A stretch of 64,000 nucleotides of DNA from Cyclobacteriaceae bacterium (lineage in GTDB: Bacteria; Bacteroidota; Bacteroidia; Cytophagales; Cyclobacteriaceae). Every line of letters starts with the position of its first letter. Position 1 is the first letter of the stretch. A model generated the notes under the pieces. The model had not been told where the DNA came from, searched no databases, and saw only the letters and a list, made by a program, of their open reading frames with translations. The position numbers and the translations under genes were made by a program. Positions 1-9,289 of the stretch are shown piece by piece. The stretch is from assembly GCA_040222875.1 (NCBI GenBank), contig JAVKCG010000034.1, positions 30,748 to 94,747 on the forward strand, given 5' to 3'.

Positions 1-1185
1 GATTCTTAAATTCTCATGTGAAAAAACATTGGCCTTATCAGTCCTTCCATAACTGGAACGCATTTGATTAATTGAGAGCCTTAAACTCTCAAAAAAACCA
101 GTATGGCTCAAAAACGGCACTCTCTCCATAAATGGTACCAGCTTATTCTTAGCCTGAAATTGTATGGGTGCATTATGAGCTATGAGCAAAGCTCCGTTAT
201 ACAAATCGTAAAAAGTATCATCAGAAACATCGATTGATGAGGGGGATTTGAGTCCCTGGTTTTTGGACATCAATACTCCAATAACTCCTATTAGAATTGG
301 TGCATCAAGTTCTTGAGACAACTCTTTAAGCTTATCAATTGATGGGTTTTTATCCAGAGTATTCAGAATTATGGGGTGCTCTGAATCACCACGTAGCAGT
401 CCTTCAGAACAAACAATCAGGTTCAAGTTTTTGCCGTTCAAGGGTTCTGTTAAATCAACAATCAATTGAACCTGTTCTTCAACACTTTTGTCAGTCAAGT
501 CAACATATGGGTCAATATTGGCTTGAACAACGGCAACCTTAACCTTTTCCTTTGGGCCACTTTGGTTAGAGCCAAAGTTACTGATAAGATAGGCAACCAG
601 AATGAGTGAAAACCCAATGGTTAATCGCCGTCTCCATTTCGTGTCAGACCACTTGATGATCCCTAAGAAAACAAAAACATTGATAGTCAATATGAATAGT
701 GTTCCACCAAGAGGCCCTGTAGTCTGATAAAACTGAATGAGAGAAGGAAATGGTGTTAACCCGAAGCCTAAATGAAGCCATGTGAAAGCTAATTCCCAAT
801 GACTATGCAAGTATTCATAAGCGACCCAACAAATTGGAAATAACAACCAAACGGAGGTCGATGGTATTTGCTTCTTTATTCCAAGAAAAACCAAAACCGG
901 GAAACACATCCATAGAGGTATAAGAAGGAATGCCATCAACAATATCAATTGACCATTGGAAGCTACTGAAAGGTGGCCTATCCAGTACATTGTACACAAC
1001 GACCAGATAAAGAAAGTTAAATAAGCAAATGCTAGTGCTCTTTTTATATCGCAGCGTTCAATGGTCAAAAAGAGTGGCACAAAAGCAACAAAAAGAAGCG
1101 GAGAAAGAGAGATAGGAGGCCAGGCCAGCACTAAAAGAATACCGCTTAAGATACAGTTTATCAGGTTAGATTTAATGAAGCTCAC
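1..1185 (-). CDS. lnt: Apolipoprotein N-acyltransferase (Lnt), N-terminal ~395 aa; the C-terminus lies beyond the window start
   Basis: Absent from the ORF track because it is open at the window edge. My minus-strand translation from GTG at 1185 (in-frame TAA four codons upstream) gives VSFIKSNLINCILSGILLVLAWPP, then several TM helices, then a CN-hydrolase-type block KVKVAVVQANIDPYVD ... LIVCSEG ... YDLYNGALLI. The frame stays open to position 1. Confidence 0.75.
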   Translation of the reverse strand, partial: MSFIKSNLINCILSGILLVLAWPPISLSPLLFVAFVPLFLTIERCDIKRALAFAYLTFFIWSLCTMYWIGHLSVASNGQLILLMAFLLIPLWMCFPVLVFLGIKKQIPSTSVWLLFPICWVAYEYLHSHWELAFTWLHLGFGLTPFPSLIQFYQTTGPLGGTLFILTINVFVFLGIIKWSDTKWRRRLTIGFSLILVAYLISNFGSNQSGPKEKVKVAVVQANIDPYVDLTDKSVEEQVQLIVDLTEPLNGKNLNLIVCSEGLLRGDSEHPIILNTLDKNPSIDKLKELSQELDAPILIGVIGVLMSKNQGLKSPSSIDVSDDTFYDLYNGALLIAHNAPIQFQAKNKLVPFMERVPFLSHTGFFESLRLSINQMRSSYGRTDKANVFSHENLRI

Positions 1186-1314
1186 TTCAGTAAGTTAGTG
1201 GATTGAGATTACCTTAGGCTGCTTCCGAAAGTTTAATATAGATGATTTATCGTATCTGTGATGTCAAGTCATTCAAAAGTTGATAATAACTCAGAATGTC
1301 GATGGCGGTTTCAA

Positions 1315-1346
1315 ATTGTAACCGGTCAACACCAAACGTAGATTTG
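1315..1346 (+). promoter_or_regulatory. Putative Bacteroidota-type promoter (ATTG, 20-nt spacer, TAGATTTG) upstream of the first GT2 gene
   Basis: TAGATTTG at 1339-1346 matches the TAnnTTTG -7 consensus described for Bacteroidetes sigma-A promoters. A TTG-containing -33-like element lies at 1315-1318. An A10 run leads directly into the ATG at 1375. Confidence 0.3.
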
Positions 1347-1374
1347 TCTCCATCATTAAAGTGTCAAAAAAAAA

Positions 1375-2376
1375 ATGACTTTTTCAGTAATCATTGAAAC
1401 CGAGAATTTAGGAATGGCCGAAATCGATGACCTTCAAAGTTGTCTAGAGTCAATTGTTGAACAAACATTACAAATCACGAACGCCAATGAAGTAATACTA
1501 ATTTGCGGAGGATTTGTAGATGTAGAGGTTCAAAAGTCGCTCATCAATAAATTTCCCTGGATTAGGATACATAATGTTAACAAGCAAATCAACTATATTT
1601 CATCAAAACTACTTGGTGCAGATTTGGCTACTTCAGAAATAATCATTTTTGCTGATTCTGATGTGGTCTATGAAAAAACTTGGTTGGAATCTTTAATCAC
1701 TACATTTCGCATTAAGCCAAATGCGCAACTGGTGTGTGGCTATACTCGGATCAGACAGAATAATAGTTTGTTAGATCAAATTTACAGCATGGCCCTTTCT
1801 TTAACCTGGATGGTGCACATTGAGAAAATGGTCACAACTGCTAGTCCGTCAAACCATTTCTCGTTTAATAATTTTGCCATTAAGAATGGACTTTTCAGTT
1901 TGGTTCCTTTAAGTCAAGCACTTCCTACTTACCGGGCCAATATTGTAATTTGGAGAGAGATGCTTTTGGCAAATAGTATTCAAATCTATAGAACCCCAGG
2001 AGCTATGGCATACCATAGTAAGCCACAAAAAATTAGTGATTGGTTTTATAGAATGCTGATCTTTGGTAGTGATCCTATAATTCAATCAGATTTCGAAATT
2101 CCGGGAAATGGTGAATTAATGGATAAAAATAGCTTTGCAATAAGAGCATGGGCAAATTTAAAATTCACAAAATGGCATTTGGTTAAACTTTTTAAGCGTA
2201 GTGTTCTTTTGATCAGAGAAAATTCAGGAAACATCTTTTTGATCTTTGCCAGCTTACCCCTCGTTTTAATAAATATTTCACTATTCATAATAGGTGGTAC
2301 TATAACAATCTTCAATCGCAGTTATATTCTTAAGAAGATCACTATGCATGAGCAAGAAGGTTGTGAAGCGAAGTAA
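1375..2376 (+). CDS. Glycosyltransferase family 2-like protein with C-terminal TM segment
   Basis: N-terminus FSVIIETEN ... IIIFADSDVVY (DxD-like) is typical of the GT-A fold. The hydrophobic C-terminus is IFLIFASLPLVLINISLFIIGG. Confidence 0.6.
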   Translation: MTFSVIIETENLGMAEIDDLQSCLESIVEQTLQITNANEVILICGGFVDVEVQKSLINKFPWIRIHNVNKQINYISSKLLGADLATSEIIIFADSDVVYEKTWLESLITTFRIKPNAQLVCGYTRIRQNNSLLDQIYSMALSLTWMVHIEKMVTTASPSNHFSFNNFAIKNGLFSLVPLSQALPTYRANIVIWREMLLANSIQIYRTPGAMAYHSKPQKISDWFYRMLIFGSDPIIQSDFEIPGNGELMDKNSFAIRAWANLKFTKWHLVKLFKRSVLLIRENSGNIFLIFASLPLVLINISLFIIGGTITIFNRSYILKKITMHEQEGCEAK

Positions 2377-3256
2377 ACCTCACATTTCCGTAATTGTACC
2401 AGTTTATAACGGTGAAAAAACAATTGGGCGATTACTTGATTCAATAGAAACTTTGAGAAATGAAGCTCTTACATTTGAGGTATTGGTAGTTGATAACAAC
2501 TCAACTGACCAAACAGTAAATATTGTAAATCAGTATCCTGTCAAACTCTTAGAATTCAAGGATTTTCAGAGTAGTTATGCCGCAAGAAACACAGGGATTT
2601 ATAGTGCTAACGGTTCTATTGTTGCATTTACAGATTGCGATTGCATTGCAGACAAAAACTGGCTTCAAAATATTTGGGCTCATTTTCAGCACAATGATTT
2701 AGATTTCCTTGCTGGTCAAATTGATTTCACTTTTTCCCAGAAACCAACTTTAGCAGAACAGTGGGATGCCTATAGGAATCTTAGTAATGAAAAAAATATG
2801 AAACTGGGGTTTGCAGCTACCGCAAATTTAGCGGTGCGGCGGAGTCTTTTCGATCAAATCGGTTTATTTCCGGAAGTGACTTCCGGTGGAGATTTTATTT
2901 GGACAAATAGGGCGGAAAAATTTAATGTGAAAAGTATGTATGCGAAAGACGTCATAGTGTATCACAAAGCCAGAAAACTAAAGCAGCTATTGAATAAATC
3001 GTATCGAGTTGGCCTTGGTAGAATTGCAGTTTTATGTCAGCTCAAATGGTCTACGACTAAGATCCTATTCAACACCTTCACATTACTTACCCCTATATCC
3101 ATCAAAGATGTAGTTGCGTTTTATAAAGAGTCAAATTTTGGTACCCCAATATCTGTTCTGAAAATGATTTGGATGGCCTATCTATGCAACCTTTGCGAGT
3201 TTTTTGGTATCTTGAGTTCACTAAAAGCGCCATCATCTAGCTTGATTAATCGTTGA
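2348..3256 (+). CDS. Glycosyltransferase family 2
   Basis: ISVIVPVYNGEKTIGRLLDSI ... VVDNNSTDQT ... AFTDCDC is a classic GT2 N-terminal signature. It overlaps the upstream GT2 by 29 nt. Confidence 0.8.
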   Translation: MSKKVVKRSKPHISVIVPVYNGEKTIGRLLDSIETLRNEALTFEVLVVDNNSTDQTVNIVNQYPVKLLEFKDFQSSYAARNTGIYSANGSIVAFTDCDCIADKNWLQNIWAHFQHNDLDFLAGQIDFTFSQKPTLAEQWDAYRNLSNEKNMKLGFAATANLAVRRSLFDQIGLFPEVTSGGDFIWTNRAEKFNVKSMYAKDVIVYHKARKLKQLLNKSYRVGLGRIAVLCQLKWSTTKILFNTFTLLTPISIKDVVAFYKESNFGTPISVLKMIWMAYLCNLCEFFGILSSLKAPSSSLINR

Positions 3257-3339
3257 AGGCTCACTTTAACCAAATTTCACAACCTTAATATCAATATCTC
3301 TCGCCCTGTTCCAAACCAACTATTAGGTTTGCCGTTTCA

Positions 3340-4710
3340 ATGGGTTTGATGCCAAAAAAACTTAGCAGACTTAAACATAAATTCAGGTATTACGGCTTGT
3401 TCATTCCTTTAAAAAAGAATGGGCTTTTCTTTCTGCTTTTTCTGGCATTAACAATCTTAATTCTTCGAAGTCAAACCTACTCTGACGACTCCTTCATAAA
3501 ACCATTCTTTGAGTTATTTGCATGGGTTGGGGGTGTTTTTATTGCACTAATTATCGGATTGGGGTTACTATACACATTAGCTTGCTGGATTTACCTTCTT
3601 GCAAATAAAAAGCAGGTAACAGTAAATCTAAATGTAGGCCTTGAGGATGGTCAAAAAGGACAGGTTGGAAAAGTACCCGTTCAAGTCGCAGTCTCTAAAA
3701 TTTGGATGCCCCTGATGGGTTATATCAAAGTGAGATTAGTTTTTAAAGATGGTGAACTATCTGGTCCGGTTATACTCAATACTTTTTCTAAAGGGTGGAA
3801 AGAGCTGTTGCCAAAAGAGGGCCAAGCAAACCTTTGGTTAACCGACAGGCAACAATATGGCATTAATGGCTTCGTCATAAGTTGTGAAGACTTTCTACAG
3901 TTTTTTAGGTTTTCAATGTCACTTGACTTTAAGAAAGCGTTCTATATCTCTCCTTTAAAAAACGACATACCTGTTGAAGAACTAAAGCCTACTAAATCTC
4001 AGGAGGATGTGGAGAAAGTGAAAACTACCAAACGGGTTGAAGGTGACTACTTAAACTATAAAGACTTCGAATCTGGTGATGACGTTCGTCGGATTGTCTG
4101 GAAAATTTTCGCAAAGAACAAAGAACTGGTTGTTCGTATTCCTGAGATCATCAACCCGTACGCCTCTCACGTTGCATTGTACAGTAGCTTTTACAATATC
4201 ATTTCAGGTGACTTAAATGGCAATTACTCCAAAGGCATCCTGAACTTCTATAAAGACATTATTTATAATATCTGTTTATCATTAGAGAAGTCTGATCGCA
4301 AGGTGCAATTCAATCTGGATCAACCGTTGATGAATGGAATCGTCGTAGAAAAGAGAGATGAACTGGCGTATAAACTAAGCTGTGCTAACTGGCAAAAAGA
4401 GCTGGCAGCCAGTGAGCTCCAGGTTCCAAAATCTGAGGCTGTAATTTGTGTCTCGTCACTTATTCCAGCTGAAGATTTAGAAGAGGTGATCAACAAGGGA
4501 AAGGTGAACCTTTTTGTGGTTCGGGTGTCAAAATATTTAAATGATCAAAACCTCTTCAACTGGAAAAATCTATTTATTAGGAGAGACCAAAAAGGGGAAA
4601 TCAATAAACTTAAATGGCTGTTCTCTAAAACCAGAAGAAGGATACGTCAAAATGAGAAAAGGATTGAAGAATTGGTATCAAATAATAATTTCAAAGGGCA
4701 GGTGATATGA
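3340..4710 (+). CDS. DUF58 domain protein (vWA-like MoxR partner) with N-terminal TM region
   Basis: DYLNYKDFESGDDVRRIVWKIFAKNKELVVRIPE matches the DUF58 core motif. Two N-terminal hydrophobic helices are present. Its stop overlaps the next start (ATGA at 4707-4710). Confidence 0.75.
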   Translation: MGLMPKKLSRLKHKFRYYGLFIPLKKNGLFFLLFLALTILILRSQTYSDDSFIKPFFELFAWVGGVFIALIIGLGLLYTLACWIYLLANKKQVTVNLNVGLEDGQKGQVGKVPVQVAVSKIWMPLMGYIKVRLVFKDGELSGPVILNTFSKGWKELLPKEGQANLWLTDRQQYGINGFVISCEDFLQFFRFSMSLDFKKAFYISPLKNDIPVEELKPTKSQEDVEKVKTTKRVEGDYLNYKDFESGDDVRRIVWKIFAKNKELVVRIPEIINPYASHVALYSSFYNIISGDLNGNYSKGILNFYKDIIYNICLSLEKSDRKVQFNLDQPLMNGIVVEKRDELAYKLSCANWQKELAASELQVPKSEAVICVSSLIPAEDLEEVINKGKVNLFVVRVSKYLNDQNLFNWKNLFIRRDQKGEINKLKWLFSKTRRRIRQNEKRIEELVSNNNFKGQVI

Positions 4711-7343
4711 TCGCAAAGAGCAGAAAGGACTTGTTTTTGGGATTATTACTGATGGTGCTGCCAACGGCCATCATTTCATTTCCCTTACTTGATTTCGTAA
4801 GTGAGCATTATTCGCTTTTATTCCTTGACAAAGGTCTGTTGATTGTGCTCTTCAGTGCAGGAATAGGAGCGGCGTATATCTTACACAGTACAAGGCTGCG
4901 CTTTCTGCTTGTTTTCGGTCTGCTCATTTTGGGGCTTTACATGATTTATCAAGCGATCAGCGTTTTCCCGTTTACAGAGTTTGATGCCTATTACATAGCC
5001 AATAGGTTCAGAATTAATGCCACCGTTTTCATGATCGGCTGGTTCACAGGGTTTGGGATTTCAAGATGGCGATACTTTCTGGTTTTCTATTCGGTCGCCT
5101 TGATTGGTATAACTATCGTTACCATCCCGTCTTCAGGGGAATTAGATGTCGATCAACTGGTCTGGCTATTTGCACCACCCGTTTTCTATGCATTCTATAT
5201 TCTTTTCATAAAGGAATTACTCCACAACATTCGCCATCAGGCTAAAATCCAATATCATAAAATATTTATTCGGGTAGTAGGTTTTTCCACACTCATTTTT
5301 TTATTGTTCTGGCTTACTACACAACTACTTGATTCAAAGTTTGATGCCCTCCAGGAGCAGATCGGTGGATCAGATGGTAGCGACAATCAGCAAAACCAGA
5401 ATGACGATGACAGCATGTTGGATAAGGATGGCAAAAACCAGTTTCGATTAAAGGATTACACCGAACTACGTCCGCGGTTACGCCAATCTGATGAGTTATT
5501 GTTCTGTGCGTACATCGATAATTTCTTTGCAGAAGGTGTCCCGAACCCGCAATACATTACCCTTTATCATTTAAACCAATACAACGTAAACCTGGAGCGA
5601 TTTGAGATTGATCCTGACACTTCTCTGGTTAAAGACATCTTTCTTCCAGACCCCACAACTATTCCAAATTACTTTATTCAATATGATAGCAGCGTACTTC
5701 TGCATGACCGCATGGAAGCTGAAATCAAACCCGTAAAAAGCACAATTTATATCAATCAATTGAGCCCAGATGTCTTTGTGGCACCAAGTACTGCATTCTC
5801 ATGTCAACCAATTTCGGTGGAAGAAGAATTTCGGGAGCAGTACCGTTTTGCATATAACGTCTTTTCGGAGGTCTCAACGCTTAACAGTGCCTATTTTGTG
5901 TACAATGCAAGAGACCCAAACATTCGTGAATTCCAAAAACAGCGTTACGATCTTCTGGGAGAAGTTGAGGGTTATGAGGATCAACCTCAGGAGTTTATGG
6001 ATTACTATACACGAATGCCACAAGAAGGTGAAACCTATGCTGCTATAAGAAATCTGGCTGATTCAATAACAAAAGATGCTGAAACACCCATCGACAAAAT
6101 CCTGGCAATCAGAGATTATTTTTTATCTAAAGATGAGAATGGAGAGCCACTATTTGAATATACATTGACACCAGGCTCTCCAACTGATCCCAATATTCCT
6201 GATGCCTCGCTACTACATAATTTCCTGTTTAATACACAAAAGGGTTACTGCACCTATTTTGCTACCTCGTCTCTATTTATGTTGAGATCTTTGGGCATTC
6301 CGGTAAGGATGTCGGTCGGCTTTATGACAGTAGACCGAAGCCACAATAACCCCGGGTGGTATTGGTTTTATGCTGATCAGGCGCATGCTTGGAGTCAGGT
6401 CTATTTTCCGGAATATGGTTGGTTAGATTTCGACTTTACCATTAGCAACGAGGGTGCCGCAGAAGCCCCTGCCCCGGACGGCACACCCCCTACTCCACCA
6501 ACAGATGCACCTTTTGTCAGCAAGGGAATTATTGAGGCCATTGACACTGCAAAAAACGAATTGGTGCTTCAAGTTGATGAGCTCCTCATAAATCAAATCG
6601 GATACGAATTAACTGAGGCTCAAGATTTTGAAATGGATGCAGTGAGAGCAAAGATTTATGCAGGTAAGACGGCTATCAAACTGCATGAGCTTGAGCTAGG
6701 CGATTCTGCAGTTGTCGTATCCTTTGATCAAAAAATAGCTGAACTGAGGCCGCCAAAGCAGAATGAAAATGGTCAGGATTATTTCAAAAGGCTACCAGAC
6801 CCCATCATAATTGATGAAGTGCATACTGCAGAAAGGGAAGAAGAGATTGAGGACGAACTAGAAGAAGAGGAGGAAAAGATATCCGACTCAGTTAATAGAT
6901 GGGTAACTGGTCTGGTTGCTGGGCTCATTTTAATCCTGCTTTTGCTTTTTGTCAGTCCATACATTCAGCATCAAATATTATTGGGTAAGATTAGGGGTAA
7001 TTCTGACCTCGGAAGTAAATCCGTTGCCATTTACCGCCATTTACATTTCATACTAAATCAAATGGGAATAGGCCGTGGCAGCACTACCCCGATGAATTAC
7101 GCCATCGACATGGTCGATCCGAAGTACCAAACAAACCTGAAAGGCTTTATTGAAGCCTACTTGAAATTAAAATATAGCAATGAACCACTTACTGATGAGG
7201 AGAAAGATCTGATTATAAATTTCTATCCTGACTTCAACCAAACCGTGTTGAACTACTATACAAGTAAAGAGCGAGTTATCAATTTCTTGAAGTTCAACCG
7301 ATGGTTCTATTATATAATGAATTTGAATTTGAGGAGGTATTGA
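4707..7343 (+). CDS. Membrane transglutaminase-like protein (TgpA-like: multi-TM N-terminus, TGase core, acidic linker, TM, C-terminal DUF4129-like tail)
   Basis: TGase catalytic core is present: QKGYCTYFATSSLFMLRSLGIPVRMSVGF ... DQAHAWSQVYFPEYGWLDFDFT (Cys-His-Asp). There are about 6 N-terminal TM helices, an acidic run EREEEIEDELEEEEEK, and then the TM segment WVTGLVAGLILILLLLF. Confidence 0.85.
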   Translation: MIAKSRKDLFLGLLLMVLPTAIISFPLLDFVSEHYSLLFLDKGLLIVLFSAGIGAAYILHSTRLRFLLVFGLLILGLYMIYQAISVFPFTEFDAYYIANRFRINATVFMIGWFTGFGISRWRYFLVFYSVALIGITIVTIPSSGELDVDQLVWLFAPPVFYAFYILFIKELLHNIRHQAKIQYHKIFIRVVGFSTLIFLLFWLTTQLLDSKFDALQEQIGGSDGSDNQQNQNDDDSMLDKDGKNQFRLKDYTELRPRLRQSDELLFCAYIDNFFAEGVPNPQYITLYHLNQYNVNLERFEIDPDTSLVKDIFLPDPTTIPNYFIQYDSSVLLHDRMEAEIKPVKSTIYINQLSPDVFVAPSTAFSCQPISVEEEFREQYRFAYNVFSEVSTLNSAYFVYNARDPNIREFQKQRYDLLGEVEGYEDQPQEFMDYYTRMPQEGETYAAIRNLADSITKDAETPIDKILAIRDYFLSKDENGEPLFEYTLTPGSPTDPNIPDASLLHNFLFNTQKGYCTYFATSSLFMLRSLGIPVRMSVGFMTVDRSHNNPGWYWFYADQAHAWSQVYFPEYGWLDFDFTISNEGAAEAPAPDGTPPTPPTDAPFVSKGIIEAIDTAKNELVLQVDELLINQIGYELTEAQDFEMDAVRAKIYAGKTAIKLHELELGDSAVVVSFDQKIAELRPPKQNENGQDYFKRLPDPIIIDEVHTAEREEEIEDELEEEEEKISDSVNRWVTGLVAGLILILLLLFVSPYIQHQILLGKIRGNSDLGSKSVAIYRHLHFILNQMGIGRGSTTPMNYAIDMVDPKYQTNLKGFIEAYLKLKYSNEPLTDEEKDLIINFYPDFNQTVLNYYTSKERVINFLKFNRWFYYIMNLNLRRY

Positions 7344-7468
7344 AAAGTGGAGTTAATTAAACAATATTTTAACTTTATAATTGAAATTCCGTTAATTTTG
7401 TAACGCGGTTGAGATGGGGCTGCCTTTGCGGTTCCTTGACATTAAGTCACTCGGCTGCATTTTTTTTT

Positions 7469-8215
7469 ATGCACCTACTATACTTAGACGATTCAGGGTC
7501 AATTAAGAATAAAAGCGAAGATTACATCGTTCTAGGTGGTATTTCGATTTTTGAATCACAAGCATACTTCCTTTCAAATGAGTTGGATCAATTGGCTCAA
7601 ACTATTGATCCTAAGAAGTTCAATGACATTGAATTTCATGCCTCAGAAATATTTTCAAGAAGATCATGGCCATGGAAAGAAATGAAAAAGGATGAGGCTA
7701 TCGGAGTAATCAAGGCAGTTTTAAAGATTGTATCGGATTCCTATAATTCAACCAATTTGTTCGCTTGTGCCATCCATAAAGATTCATACCCTCCACAAGA
7801 TGAAGCAATGAATGTGGCTTTCGAGGACTTATGTCAAAGATTTGATTTTTACCTATCTAATCTTAATTCTTCTGGTGAAAGACAGAAAGGTCTGTTGATT
7901 CTTGATGAAAGTTCTCACGAAACTACTCTTCAAAATCTAGCAAATAATTTTAGACAAATTGGAACGCAATGGGGCAATATCAGAAACCTTGCTGACACCC
8001 CATTTTTTGTAAACTCTAAAGCTTCTCGCATGATTCAAATAGCTGATCATATAGCTTATTCAGTTTTCCGAAGATATAATCAAGGTGATGCTCAGTATTT
8101 CGATATAATCTCACATCGGTTTTATGAAAATGATAACGTTCTACACGGTTTAGCGCATAAACAAAAAATAAAAAGAAAGTGTATGTGTCCTGCATGTACC
8201 TCACGAAGGCACTAG
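7469..8215 (+). CDS. DUF3800 domain protein
   Basis: Starts MHLLYLDDSGS and has IQIADHIAYSVFRRY near the C-terminus, the two conserved DUF3800 motifs. I prefer the ATG at 7469 (preceded by a T9 run) over the track start at 7409, whose extra 20 aa look non-coding. Confidence 0.7.
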   Translation: MHLLYLDDSGSIKNKSEDYIVLGGISIFESQAYFLSNELDQLAQTIDPKKFNDIEFHASEIFSRRSWPWKEMKKDEAIGVIKAVLKIVSDSYNSTNLFACAIHKDSYPPQDEAMNVAFEDLCQRFDFYLSNLNSSGERQKGLLILDESSHETTLQNLANNFRQIGTQWGNIRNLADTPFFVNSKASRMIQIADHIAYSVFRRYNQGDAQYFDIISHRFYENDNVLHGLAHKQKIKRKCMCPACTSRRH

Positions 8216-8284
8216 TTTATATCAATGTTGTCTAATTATAGTGCAGATAATATAAACCAAAATAACGCTAATTGAATTGATAAT

Positions 8285-9289
8285 ATGGATGAACAGCAAG
8301 TCTTTACAGACAATTCAGGAGATAAAATTGATGCCCTTATCGCCAACATAGAAAAGGTCATAAAAGGGCATCGGGAACAATTGATCCAGGTGCTTACTTG
8401 TTTATTGGCCAAGGGGCATATTCTCTTAGAAGACAATCCAGGGGCTGGCAAAACAGTAATGGCCAAAACGCTGGCGAATTCAATTGCCGGAGCAAAGAAA
8501 ACTGATGGCCACGCCTCATTTAAGCGGATTCAGTTTACGCCTGACTTGCTGCCCATGGATCTAATTGGTACACATATCTACGATGACCAGAAGAAAGATT
8601 TCATTTTTAAACATGGGCCTCTATTTACCAATATCTTGTTAGCTGATGAAATCAACAGGGCCTCTCCTAAGGTGCAATCTGCCTTGCTTGAGTGTATGGC
8701 TGAACAGCAAATTTCAGCGGGTGATCAAACCTATCCGTTGGAGAAACCATTTTTTGCTATCGCTACCCAAAACCCCATAGAGATGGAGGGTACCTACCCC
8801 CTTCCCGCCGCACAGCTTGACCGATTTTTTATGAAAATCAGTTTTGGATATGTCACCGAAGATGTGGAACTCAACATCTACAAGCAACACCTTGATATTC
8901 TGAAATTCACGGATTCCATTGAGCCAGTGGTATCTCTTCAAGATATCCTTGATCTCCAACAGCAAGCTGAAGAAATCTATATCCATGATGAGATCATCAA
9001 TTCTGTAAATAAGGTAGTCAGGGGCACTCGTGATCATTCAGGCATTTCATTAGGTGCATCTGTTAGAAGTGGAATTACACTTTTGAAATGTTTAAAGGCT
9101 TATGCACTAATCAACAAACGCAATTATGTCATTGAAGATGACCTCGCTGCATTAGTTAACCCGGTTTTAAATCACCGCTTGATTTTTAGAAATAAGAGTG
9201 CCGAAAAAGATGCCATCGACTCGATTGTGAAAGGCGAAGTGAAGCGATTGGCTAAATTAAATCTGGTTCAGAGTGACCAAAATGCTTAG
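8285..9289 (+). CDS. MoxR-family AAA+ ATPase
   Basis: Walker A is LLEDNPGAGKTVMAKTLA. RIQFTPDLLPMDLIGT is present. Walker B and downstream is LLADEINRASPKVQSALLECMAEQQIS. Length of 334 aa fits the family. Confidence 0.92.
   Translation: MDEQQVFTDNSGDKIDALIANIEKVIKGHREQLIQVLTCLLAKGHILLEDNPGAGKTVMAKTLANSIAGAKKTDGHASFKRIQFTPDLLPMDLIGTHIYDDQKKDFIFKHGPLFTNILLADEINRASPKVQSALLECMAEQQISAGDQTYPLEKPFFAIATQNPIEMEGTYPLPAAQLDRFFMKISFGYVTEDVELNIYKQHLDILKFTDSIEPVVSLQDILDLQQQAEEIYIHDEIINSVNKVVRGTRDHSGISLGASVRSGITLLKCLKAYALINKRNYVIEDDLAALVNPVLNHRLIFRNKSAEKDAIDSIVKGEVKRLAKLNLVQSDQNA

Noticed and set aside
339-997. Track ORFs 339-542 (+) and 815-997 (-) at the left edge
   Set aside because: Both lie inside, and out of frame with, the minus-strand lnt reading frame. 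That frame is open from 1185 to position 1 and gives a coherent Lnt-like sequence.
1366-1375. Homopolymer tracts (A10 at 1366-1375, T9 at 7460-7468) as slipped-strand phase-variation switches
   Set aside because: Both lie upstream of the start codon, not inside coding sequence or between -33 and -7 promoter elements. A/T-rich leaders are the norm in SD-less Bacteroidota genes. Length variation would need population sequencing to support.
7409-7468. N-terminal extension of the DUF3800 ORF (MRWGCLCGSLTLSHSAAFFF) from the alternative start at 7409
   Set aside because: The extension is Cys/Leu-rich, has no similarity to DUF3800 N-termini, and includes the T9 run. The canonical DUF3800 N-terminus (hydrophobic residues then DDSG) begins right at the ATG at 7469.
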